Shown piece by piece: positions 53,169-64,000 of a stretch of DNA of 64,000 nt. Position 1 is the first letter of the stretch; each line of letters starts with the position of its first letter. Source of the DNA: Octopus sinensis (lineage: Eukaryota); the NCBI RefSeq assembly GCF_006345805.1, contig NC_043000.1, positions 9,858,001-9,922,000 of the forward strand. The letters run 5' to 3'. The notes beneath the pieces are model-generated. The model made no database searches. It was not told the origin of the DNA and saw nothing but the letters and a program-made list of their open reading frames with translations. A program made the translations under genes and the position numbers.

Positions 53169-53304
53169 TAAAACGATTTCTGTTCAATCTGCGTTCAGCT
53201 CCATTTCTTCAATTCACCAATAATGTATATATATATATATATATATATACTGATAGATCCCTCTGATTAATGGCCTTGTGCCACATCTTGAAATCACAAA
53301 GGCA

Positions 53305-53510
53305 GCGAGCTAGCTGAATCGTTAGCACTTCGGACAGAATGCTTAGCTGCATTTCGTCCGTCTTTACGTTCTGAGCTTAAATTCGGCCGAGGTCCACTTT
53401 GCCTTTCATCTTTTTGTGGTCGAGAGAATAAGTACCAGTTGAACACTGAGATCGATGTAATCGACTTCAATGATATTGCTGGGAGCGTTCCAAACTTTGA
53501 AATAATAATA
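53305..53510 (+). mobile_element. SINE family A2
   Basis: GGCAGCGAGCTAGCTGAATCGTTAGCAC...CTTTGCCTTTCATC. Confidence 0.8.
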
Positions 53511-53544
53511 ATTATCATCATCATTGTTATCGTCATCATCATCT

Positions 53545-54716
53545 AGCGCGGTAGTGTACTACTGTCTAGCCGTCGTACTTTGTCCTAAGAAAACTCTGAC
53601 CAGATAGAAGTACTTGCTGTTCCGAAGAGTCAGGTTCCGCTGGTCACAAAATCCATCTGTTGCCAACACCTACACCGTGGTGGTCTTGGAATGCCATCCT
53701 TGATTACGCGACACAACGCGACGATGTGGACGACGACGACGAAAATAAGGATGAACTGGTATGGGCGTCCTTCGTGCGACCTGACTTTCCGCAGCTCATC
53801 TCATTGACAAAGCTGCAGTCATGGGTCAAACGTAGACCAAGGTTGGGCGTTTGACATCTAGAATGTTTCCAAGCGCTAACTGCACTACACCAGCTGCCCA
53901 AAGCCGTTAGCGGGAACACAACCTGAGATAGGACGCAGGCTGGGGATATGAGTGACTACAACCTAGGATTGAATCTAGACATCGACGAGAACAGTTTGAG
54001 TAGTCTCTTCCAGAGGACCTTCAGGTCAGAGGTCATGGACAATTTCCAAAAGTATTTGGTATGGCAGTGCTACAGAGGGGCATTGCCCGTTTTAGACAAA
54101 CTCTTCAAGCATGGAAGTGCCAACGGCCGAACCTGCTCGAGATGCTTGCAAGGGGCCGAAACCGTCCTGCATGCAATAATTCAGTGTCCGTGCATTAGAA
54201 AGTGGTGGGATTGTGTGGAGCAGCTGTTGTCGTATGTAAGATGAATTCAGCTGTCTATCAAGTGTATAGCGAAAATCGACGCACCACGAGAAGGAAGGCG
54301 GATCTTTCTCTACTTAGCGGCTGTGGTAAAAGAGGCTGTGTGGTGGACCCGTTTGAAAGGTTTGAAGACAGGCACTTTCCTCATCAGTTTCTTCAAATAT
54401 CATTTGAAGAGGAAGGTGAGTGAAGAGAGGGAGGTGCTACCTTTTAGTGTACTTATCAAAAGGTGGTCGACAGTGACAAGACTCATGAGACTGAATGGAT
54501 CTACTCCGAATATGCTTTTCTAAGTAGGAAGAAAGAAACTGGAAGAGGGAATTTTCCCATGCCTTAGGGATGCTATGAGTATGTCCCTTCTTTTTCAGTG
54601 TTTACTGCGTATACTCTATTTTTATATCATTTCATCATTATATGTAAACCCCCATACTTTATGTCTGTCTCTGTATTGTCCTCCTTATCCTTCGCTCTTG
54701 TGGCAAATAAATGAAA

Positions 54717-54718
<2 letters not shown>
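53545..54718 (+). mobile_element. Tx1/L1-clade LINE 3' fragment (zf-RVT region, 3' UTR, AATAAA, (ATT)n tail), decayed
   Basis: WQCYRGALPV...CSRCLQGAETVLHAIIQC is the CCHC zinc knuckle of L1/Tx1 ORF2. Confidence 0.8.
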
Positions 54719-54750
<32 letters not shown>

Positions 54751-54752
54751 CA

Positions 54753-54783
<31 letters not shown>

Positions 54784-54821
54784 TATTATCATTATTATTA
54801 TCATTATCATTATTATTATCA

Positions 54822-55290
54822 TTGAGTGAGAGAGCAGCGCATGCCATCAAAGTGACACTGGGGTAAAATATACGAAGCCTAGTATACCCATCATGACTAC
54901 CTGTCTGATAAGGGTACACCAGACACATGCATCACAACCATATGTGCGCGACATGGTGATCTCATAAGATAAATAGCGCATGACCTTGCGGGTGGGGCCC
55001 AGTTAGAATTTTCTTCTGGTTGGGTAATCCATCCCACTCAAAAGGTCCCTGATTAAAGGTTGTTTAAGGATGTTGAATGAAACACCCATGTTTCCAGAGG
55101 TGAATTATTCAAACCCCAAAGAATCCCTCTCAACACATGGCTATGATGCTCCCCACTACTTCTGCTCGTGATTAGAGATGCACATATTGTCAGCCACTGA
55201 GGGACATGCTCAACTTGTTAAGGTCAAGCAACTGACAAGCAAATCTGTGGTATTGAGCAGAATATTTGCTGTTGCCAACTTTTATACCAA
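54822..55290 (-). repeat. Family D repeat, second copy
   Basis: Colinear with 20976-21530. Confidence 0.8.
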
Positions 55291-55296
55291 GACAGG

Positions 55297-55332
<36 letters not shown>

Positions 55333-56053
55333 TTATTATCATTTTATGCTTGACTTTTGCTTTACATTTGTACAAGTTGGCTCCAAGTCTCACTCAGAGA
55401 CCTCAAGAGACAACAAGTTGGAATTTCATGTTGGTGTTATGCCTAGGCTGCCATATATTTGGTTTTGTACTTAGTGTTGCTCTAGAGAATGTTTAAGAAA
55501 CCATAAGAAAATTATGTTTGTTTTAAAACTTGAGATTACATAGAAAGTATTTTGCTTAGGATATGAGCAGTTCCCTACTACTACTACTACTACTACTACT
55601 ACTATTATTATTATTGTTGTTGTTGTTGTTGTTGTTGTTATTATTATTATCATGCATCGATGAAACTTATGTGTGTAGGGAGTCATTTTATGTTACAAAA
55701 GATGAATGTTATTGTCAGTGTTTATTTCACCATAATCTTTATCTTCATTAGAAAGGTCTGGAGACTCACAAAATGCGTCTGATTTTTCACATTCCATCAC
55801 ACACTGAAGCCGAAAGCTTTGATGAGGGAAGCTCTGATTCAAAAGTATACAAATGCCCAATAATGTGGTTTCAGTGAGAAACGTATCAGAAGTTTCAATA
55901 ATGTAATTTGATGCGCCAGACCTGTAAAGTATATTTCAATGGAAGCTGAGCGGTATTCATAAATACCAATTACTATTGGCTGTGTACACGTTTATACTTA
56001 TTTGCACACCACATGAGATAATGGGCAGGTATCTTTTTTAGCGGCCACTATGA

Positions 56054-56106
<53 letters not shown>

Positions 56107-58544
56107 TTTTACTTATATATACTTATATTAATTTCACTTACGCATAGCGATACTAATAACCAGTTGTTAGAACTCAGCATACGTTTAAGAATAAAGCGTT
56201 AAATACATACATATATACATTTACATACATACGCACACATACACACATATATATGTATTTGTATATAAACTTGTATAATCCTCCGAGACTGAATGTGTGA
56301 GTGTGTGTGTGCATGTGTGTGTGTATGAGTGTGCGTGCAATTATGTGTGTGTGAATGTGCGAATGTGTATATGTCTGTACGAGCTAGATACATCCTTGGG
56401 TGTACAATTTTTACGTTTTATGTATGGTAAAACACCGTGTTTCAATGTTGAAACGGAAACCACTGCGTCGACGATACTTCGAAAAAAAAAAAAATTCCCA
56501 TTAGTTTTAAAGAGTCTTTTTTTATTGTTGGGTAAGTAGAGACTTTCTCAAATTTATCAGATGATATATAATTAAAACCGTTTTCATTTTTATTGTGAAC
56601 CAAGTAGGAGTCTAGTAAATGAAAGTCGACACAGTCCCTGGGAAAATGCCTTGAAATAAACATGATTTTGTATTCAATGGAAATTATTTTTGATATAAAA
56701 TATTTTGTCTGTTATTGAAAGGAGACGTTACAAATTAGATTAAATTCAAGTTAATTTTGCTTCCTCCAAATTTGAGCGGCCTAGCGTGGTTGCATTTTGT
56801 TTTTAAACAAAGCAAAACGTGTTAATATGAAGAATGCTTTGAAATAGAATTTTAAAAATAAGCAAATAAATAAACAAAGAAACAAACAAGCAAATAAACA
56901 AATAAATAAATAAATAAATAAAGGGGATGCGAGATCAGGTAGATGGGAATTATAAGAATTATAGAAAAAGGTTATTATTTAGAATTCTTTACAGATGTTA
57001 TAAATACGTATAAAGATGAATGATCGGCAGGCTGCCAATTGAATTAGTTTCAACATACACAGAAGCGCTAATATTGTAAACATCTGCTTTTTACATTGAT
57101 TTCTAAGGAAGGAGCAAACCATCTAATTCAGAGAATATCTGTAGTCGTTTATATGTTCAGTACTGGACTGGTTCTTATTTTATCGAACCCGGAAGAATGA
57201 AACGTAAAGTCGATACCCGTGTGGTCGATAAAAAAAGTGCCAGTCAAGTATTGCAGATGTTTACAATATTAACGTTTCCAAATATATATATCAATGCTAA
57301 TTCCATTGGCGACCTCCCAATCATTCGTATTTACGTGTATTTATAGAATCTGTTGGGAAGTTTGAATAATAACAATTTTCTTTGATGCTTATATCTCATA
57401 CCTGCCTGGTCTTACATTTTGTCTTCTATCCTCTAGTATTCTTTACATAAGCACGTTTTACTTCGTATATATAATATAAAAATCCGTTTTCACCATTCAA
57501 TGTTAGGTTAACCAATAATAAATTTTGTTTAATCTTATCAAATTTCTTATTGCTTTTAACTTGGTACAATACCGACAGTTTAGTGTCGCAGGATTGTCGG
57601 TTGGATCATTTCCGATTAATTACTGGAACTATTTGTTGTTGTAGTAGTAGTAGTGTTGATTTTGTTTGCTACGGATTAGTCCAGGTCAAGGGGGCCTATG
57701 TTCCAATGAATTCCAGCCGTGAACATTCCGACTTTGTAATTTTTATGCTGTAGACTGTATTATCAAATGTATCGTACATTTTGTAAGACGACAGAATGTA
57801 ATTTGAGAGAGATTTGGTTACTATACATATCAGGTCGAGTGACCATGCAGAAGCTCGTTCATTGAGGTTGTTACTAATCGATTACTCACAAGAGCGAACG
57901 AAACAGCATTAAATAGTGAATCCTACCTATTCTGTGCTCATCAGGTTTCGTCGTTCCATCTAAATGTTGGAGCATCATTAATATCGATTCCTTTCTTTGG
58001 TTAAAGAAGGCGGTTATCGCCGATTGAATCGACTCTCAACATATTTTTAGTGCTTAATTTTAAAAATCCAAATCGAAAAGTTGAATGGCATAAAGATGCT
58101 TGAACTCAAAAAACATAAGGAACAAGATAAATATTGAACCCTGCAAATTCACTATCCGCGGATCTGAAACGCATAGCAAACAGGATGGAGTAAGGCCACA
58201 AGAGAACCACGATTAAGTTTCATAGATGGGGATATCGTGAATCCATTATATCAGAAGATCTTAAATCCCGGGCCGTAGACCAGTATCATGTTGTGTATCA
58301 TTTAGTACCGGGCTGCACAGAAAGAACACATTTAAAAATTATATTTCTATTTTGACTAGCGCAGTCTGTAGGATATATGTGTCATATGTGTAATAATATT
58401 TGTATTATATTCATAACGAGCAAAACGCACCCCACCCCGTCCAATGGACGGTACTGAGTTGTCAAACATTTAAACCAAATTTTCTCAAAACAACTTGTCC
58501 GACAAGTCCCACGGGCCTCCCCTTTGAGAAACGCTGATTTAACC

Positions 58545-58790
58545 TAAATTTGAGACACCAGCAAAAGAAGAAATAAAGATAGACTTTTTTTTCTATTCCA
58601 AAGAAAAACGATTTCCCGCGGCTTTATCGATCGCATTCTCACCTGGAATCGATTTTTGTAATCTTTTTCAAGACGCCCTGATACCGTCGGTATCTACATA
58701 TCAAATTTGACCGCAATCGGATGGAGGATGCCCGAGATCCTAGAAGCCACACTCACACACAGACAGACAGAACGGATTTTATATGAGATA
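58545..58790 (+). mobile_element. Helentron/HINE-like 3' remnant
   Basis: CATATCAAATTTGACCGCAATCGGATG...CACACAGACAGACAGAACGGATTTTATATGAGAT resembles DINE-1/Lep1-type ends. Confidence 0.4.
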
Positions 58791-59946
58791 ATTAAACTAT
58801 TTAAAGCGTATTTTATTGCGTGTGTTTTGTAATACACGTGATATCTCGGTCTGTTGAAAATTGTATTGCATGAAACCGGTTTGTAGTGCTAGAAAATTTG
58901 GGCACCGCTGCCCTTTGAGACCGGTATGTTAAGTGTTCTTTCAAGGTACGTGCCAATTAATGTTGGTCTGTCAGATCAATTCGATCTGGAAGGATTACGG
59001 ACCAATCCGTGATGCTGGCGAAGCAAACATCAAGTGGATTTCGAAAGCAAATTTCGAGCTGTGAGTGTCACCATACAAAAAAAACAACAATAACGTCGGC
59101 TATAACGTTTGTAACATGTTGCTACATGATCCTGAACAGTTTCAGATTGTGTTAATAGGTATTTTCTGATACAAAATTTAACAACAGCAATATCGAATCG
59201 ATTGGATCCCACAGCTGCAAATAAATACATAAATAAATAAATAAAACAAATAATAATAAATAAAACACATTTAAGATGTCAAAGTATGTTTTCATTCCAT
59301 GTCTTTCTTAAACCATCAATCAATCGACAACGTCCTTCCTACCTAACCACTCGGATATTGATTTTATTGTAGTGCTCACTTTTTTCTCCTTTTTATCTCA
59401 CAAACTGCAGATATATAACAACACTTACTATCATTGCTAGAAAGATTGTTTTAGTAGGGCATGTTCATTGATGTATATATTAATCAACTTAAGAGATTCT
59501 AAAGGCGGAAAGGAAATAAAAGCAAAGCAAACAAATATGAGAAAGACAAGAAGAAAGAAGCAAGACTACTGTACTACAAATAAACATTAATTAAATTATT
59601 AAGGTTTATAAAAATTTATGCTAAAATAATCAATTTAAGAAGTCTAATTTCGGATAAAAATGCAATTTTTATCTCGCTTCACAACACGTAATGGATCTCA
59701 TTTCTCGTTTTATTTATATATATTTATGAAACAATAGTAATAGGTTATAGGTTTCTGACATGCAAGCTACTGGTTCACAGTATTTTCTATGGTGAGAGTC
59801 ACATGGGAATATCAGTGCAACTCAGATGAAATGAACACTACAATGTAGCACAATGTTTTTTCAACGCACCGATTTATCAGTAATTTCTCGACGATATGTA
59901 CAACATACGCTGACATGTACGACTTGCACTAAACACATGAACATTA

Positions 59947-60240
<294 letters not shown>

Positions 60241-60399
60241 TCACACACACATACACATACACGCACGCGCATGCACACGCACATGCATGCACATATATAT
60301 ATACACACACACACACATACACACGCACACACATGTAGTCATGGGTATTCGACTTATTTTTGTTTTATGTAATTTTTCGTGAGGCTTGAAGATACATGA

Positions 60400-62530
60400 G
60401 GGAAAGACTTGTAAGAAGGGGACAAACCACAGCGGATCGATAAATGCTACAGTAAAGGCCTCTTCCCGACAGGAAAATGCAGGTTATGAAACTGGTGCAT
60501 TAGATAGTATTCGGAGAAAACCGAGGGTTCTGTAGCCTGCTGCTAATGAGAAAGGAAAATATAAAGAGTTTGAAACAAGGTATGTCGAGCTCTTTGTAAA
60601 ATGGCATGATCTACATTGGAGAAACTGGGAAAATTAACAAGCTCAATATACGATACAAGAAAGGAATTATTTGGAGTGAAAGATAGTATCCGATTAGCGA
60701 AAGGAAGTTGTGGACCAAGCAGGAGGATCAGGAAAATGAAACAGTTGAGGAAGGAAAAGACCAGCCTAAGAAAGAGATGGAAATGTGCTGCAGAAGACGA
60801 AAAACCTGGCCTCGCGCTGCTGTACTACATTTTGAAAATAAAACGTCGCTATGTGCAACGACATATCTGCCAATAGCAACGAAAGGAAAGTAAAAGGACT
60901 CAGGGGCAATTCCTGAAGGACCCGTACGGGGTCACTAAGAAGCTGTTCACTGAACCGAAGAAGAATTGGACACTCATATCAAAGAAACCTCATATCAAAG
61001 ATAAGCACCGTAACTAACCACAGCCACTTCTAAATGGGCTAAAGCATTCCTTAGAATCTGGTATCGAATTTCAAACTGGAAACATCAGGAAGGAAGAGGT
61101 GAATAATTTAGTTAGAAAAACTAGAGCAAAGAGTGCTCTAGGATGTGATGGCGTCTCGTATAAAGTATACACATGTTACAATCGTCTGTGAAAGAAGCTC
61201 TTTTTCTTACTCCGAGAGCTAAGACTATAAAACAGTTTAGACCGATATCTTTATTGAATGTGGAAGGCAAGATCTTTATGAGAATTCTCTCAATGAGAAT
61301 AGTGTCATATTTACAGAGTAATGGATATGTTAATGAATCTGTTCAAAAGACCAGAATTCTTGGGATTCCTGGACGTGTTGAACACTGTTTTTCGATTTGG
61401 AAAGCAATCCATGATGCCAAACAGAACAAGAAAATCTTGAATGTGGCTTGACCTAGCTAATGCATATGGCTCGAAATGAGGTTTATAGCTGTAGATTTTA
61501 CAACAAATTGGCATTGCTGCTGGCTGCACGATATCTGTCACGTGGTTTATCTTAGTCATGGAGATGATTTTGAAAGTCGTGGATTTTTCGGAACAAATCG
61601 CCCATGTACAATCGCCTAAGAAAGCCTTCATGGACGACATGACACTTCTATTAGCAGACATGCAAACCATGCAGAGTGCCCTCTTGAGACTAGACTAGCT
61701 TGTAAGGTGGTCAAGGATGCGATTTAGAGCAAAAAAATCGCGTAGTCTGACATTTGTTTATGGGGTGCAGAAAGAAGTTAAGTTTCGAATAGCTGAAGAA
61801 AGGATTCCAACAGTCAAAGAAGAACCCGTCAAGTGCTTGGGGCGAGTATATACTAGAACACTGTTAGATAGGAGTTGTGGAATGGAAATTATGAAATAAG
61901 CTGAGGTTGGATTATCAGCGATTAATAATTCAAAGTTACCAGGTAAATATAAAATTTGGTGGATACAGTTCGGCTTGTATCCGCGACTTTCGTTGCCAAT
62001 TTTAATATACGATGTAGCATTGTCACGAGTTCAAATCATGGAACAAAAATGTAATGTGTTCATTAGAAAGTAGCTAGGCCTACCTCGGATATTGAACAGT
62101 TCAGCTCTTTATCGTAAAAGAGGCTCGTTGCAGTTACTACTGGCGTCAATAGACGAAATTTATAAACTGGGGAAGGTACGAACGGTGATGATGCCGAGAG
62201 AGTCGAAGGACATGGAAATCAGGCGGAATCCACCAGATGTGAAAACAGCCAGGAAGAGGAAAGCAGAAGCAGAGACTGATGACATCCTGCCTTCTCTTAT
62301 GGTGGCTGCAATGCAAATTCATCGGAAAGGATTTGGTTTTGGCGCAGATCGGTTCAGACCGTTTGCAAATACGATGCGGAGTGAACGTATATGTGTTATT
62401 AGCAAAACTAGGGGAGCAGAGAGAAGAGAGCTTCATTTGATCCGATGCATTCAAGGACAGAAGACGAGATGGGAGGAATATGTTGAGAGGAAAATAAGTG
62501 CAGAAGTACTAGAGACTAAACTGGTTGACT
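60400..62530 (+). pseudogene. Decayed HERO-like (RLE-type) non-LTR retrotransposon reverse transcriptase
   Basis: QFRPISLLNVEGKIF...SVQK...PG.VEH...DLANAYGS, GIAAGCTIS, KAFMDDMTL, RFRAKKSRSL...IPTVKEEPVKCLG, SSALY..GSLQL; stops, frameshifts and internal deletions. Confidence 0.8.
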
Positions 62531-64000
62531 GACTGCATTCAAAGACATCAACATCACTTACATACATTTACCATTGGCTACTCAGTATACAGGGAAGAAC
62601 TTAATAAAGTCAACAGTCACCCAATACCAAGGAGTGAGAGATCCGTAGTCTTTGATTAGATGAATTAAAATTCTGTTGTAATATCCGCAACTTTGTTTAT
62701 ATTCAAACATGTAGATTAGTTCTTCCTTTTGGGAAAATGCATACATTGCTTAGAGAACAGGATTGGTCTTGTGCAGGTCCTAGATGAGAAAAGGTGTTTA
62801 TGTGAATGTGTTTATAGGTGTGTTTCGGTGTGTGTGTTTCTATGTGCGATTTCATGTGTATATATGTGTAGATATGCCCGTGCGTGTATTTAGGTAAGAA
62901 TGAGCGGCTTCAAGAGCAGACAGAAAACGAGCAAATAATTGTTAATGATCAGACCTAATATAATTGTAAATATAGAGAGACAGAGAAAGCAGCACAGCTG
63001 TAAGATGCAAGTCATTAGCGATCAAATTCTATCTATTCTAAATGCATAACAATAAAATGAATAAAAGTGAAACATTGTCTGGATAGAGAAGGACATTTAA
63101 ACTCAGCGCAAGAATATTTAACTCTGAATAGCGATAGCAATACATCTGAGGCCGTGTCTGGTTCTGTCAAACAGTTTATTTTAAAGAGTTTGCGTCCCAC
63201 ATCATATTTTATACATAAGAACTGTTTTTAAAGTTATGTTCCAACCACTGGGTTAATAAAAAACGTTCGATATGTTACTACATCCATTCACATCCGAGAT
63301 AATTTTCAATATCAGAATATTCTGTAGCAAATAGACGGTACATTTCATGAGAAGCAAGGTCTCAAAGCGACAGATATTTTTGTGCTGAAAAGTGTATTTC
63401 TAATTCCCAGAGGAAGACTCACTAACTACAGACGTTCAGAGATTTTTATATGAAATCATAAAAAGTTATACGTCTGTGATATCATACTGGGAAAAATACA
63501 AAAGTATCAGAAGTAGCCAAATATCCAATCACTATAATATATACACATTGTTATGATTTCATGTGTTATCATATAACAATGGGCCTAATTTATCGTTTAT
63601 GTTTGCAATAGAGACATATAACTAAAAGAAGTCAACCACATATATTTAGAACCGTGATATGACAGAAGAAATTAATGGTTTGCCTGTCAGAAATCAAAAT
63701 TTCTTGAAAGCTTTGCTAATGATTGTTGGTATTAAATCCGCTGCTGCTGAGCACTCTAATATTTCCAAGCAAAAGTCTGTAATACTTATAAAGAAAGAGA
63801 GAAAAAGAAAACGGGTGATATGTATGGATGTATGTCTATATGAATACACACACACACACACACATATGGATATATATATATATATAGATGGCGCGTATTC
63901 TTTTTTTACATAAGTTATTTCTATGGTAACGTAATTTTTGTTTGGTTTTTTAACGGCTAAGAATTTAATTTCACTTCATAATTTGTAACTGAATTATTGG

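Larger units (their letters stand above)
51856..53226. mobile_element. Palindromic Penelope-pLTR-like insertion flanked by (TA)n; ~530-bp inverted arms 52008-52536 and 52694-53226
   Basis: Arms nearly identical (mirror ORFs 52079-52324 + and 52910-53155 -); each carries an HHR followed by AATAAA. Confidence 0.75.

Noticed and set aside
63659-63913. 84-aa ORF MTEEINGLPVRNQ...
   Set aside because: No recognisable homology, runs into a microsatellite, no supporting exon chain.

Overview
AT-rich, microsatellite-dense animal genomic DNA, most likely an Octopus species (inferred from the tRNA-derived SINE families and the microsatellite load). Nearly all ORFs in the supplied track are translated microsatellites or SINEs. 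The only recognisable host coding sequence is one minus-strand exon (30614-30686 coding) encoding the N-terminus of a universal stress protein (USP) domain; I could not find its downstream exons. The rest is a repeat landscape: several tRNA-SINE families, 3' fragments of CR1, RTE, Tx1/L1 and R4/Dong-like LINEs, a decayed HERO-like RT, a decayed hAT (SPIN-like) transposase, MITEs and Helentron-type remnants. The most striking unannotated signal is about a dozen hammerhead-ribozyme (HHR)-like motifs in short ORF-less elements, many abutting (TA)n tracts and resembling Penelope pseudo-LTRs or retrozymes. Two motifs have a complete core and all three stems (4179-4254 +, 52066-52155 -). A family with five copies carries a non-canonical CUGU(C/A)GA core. 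A ~1.4 kb palindrome (51856-53226) holds two HHR arms around a spacer copied from its own flank. All structures were read by eye; no folding, alignment or database search was run.
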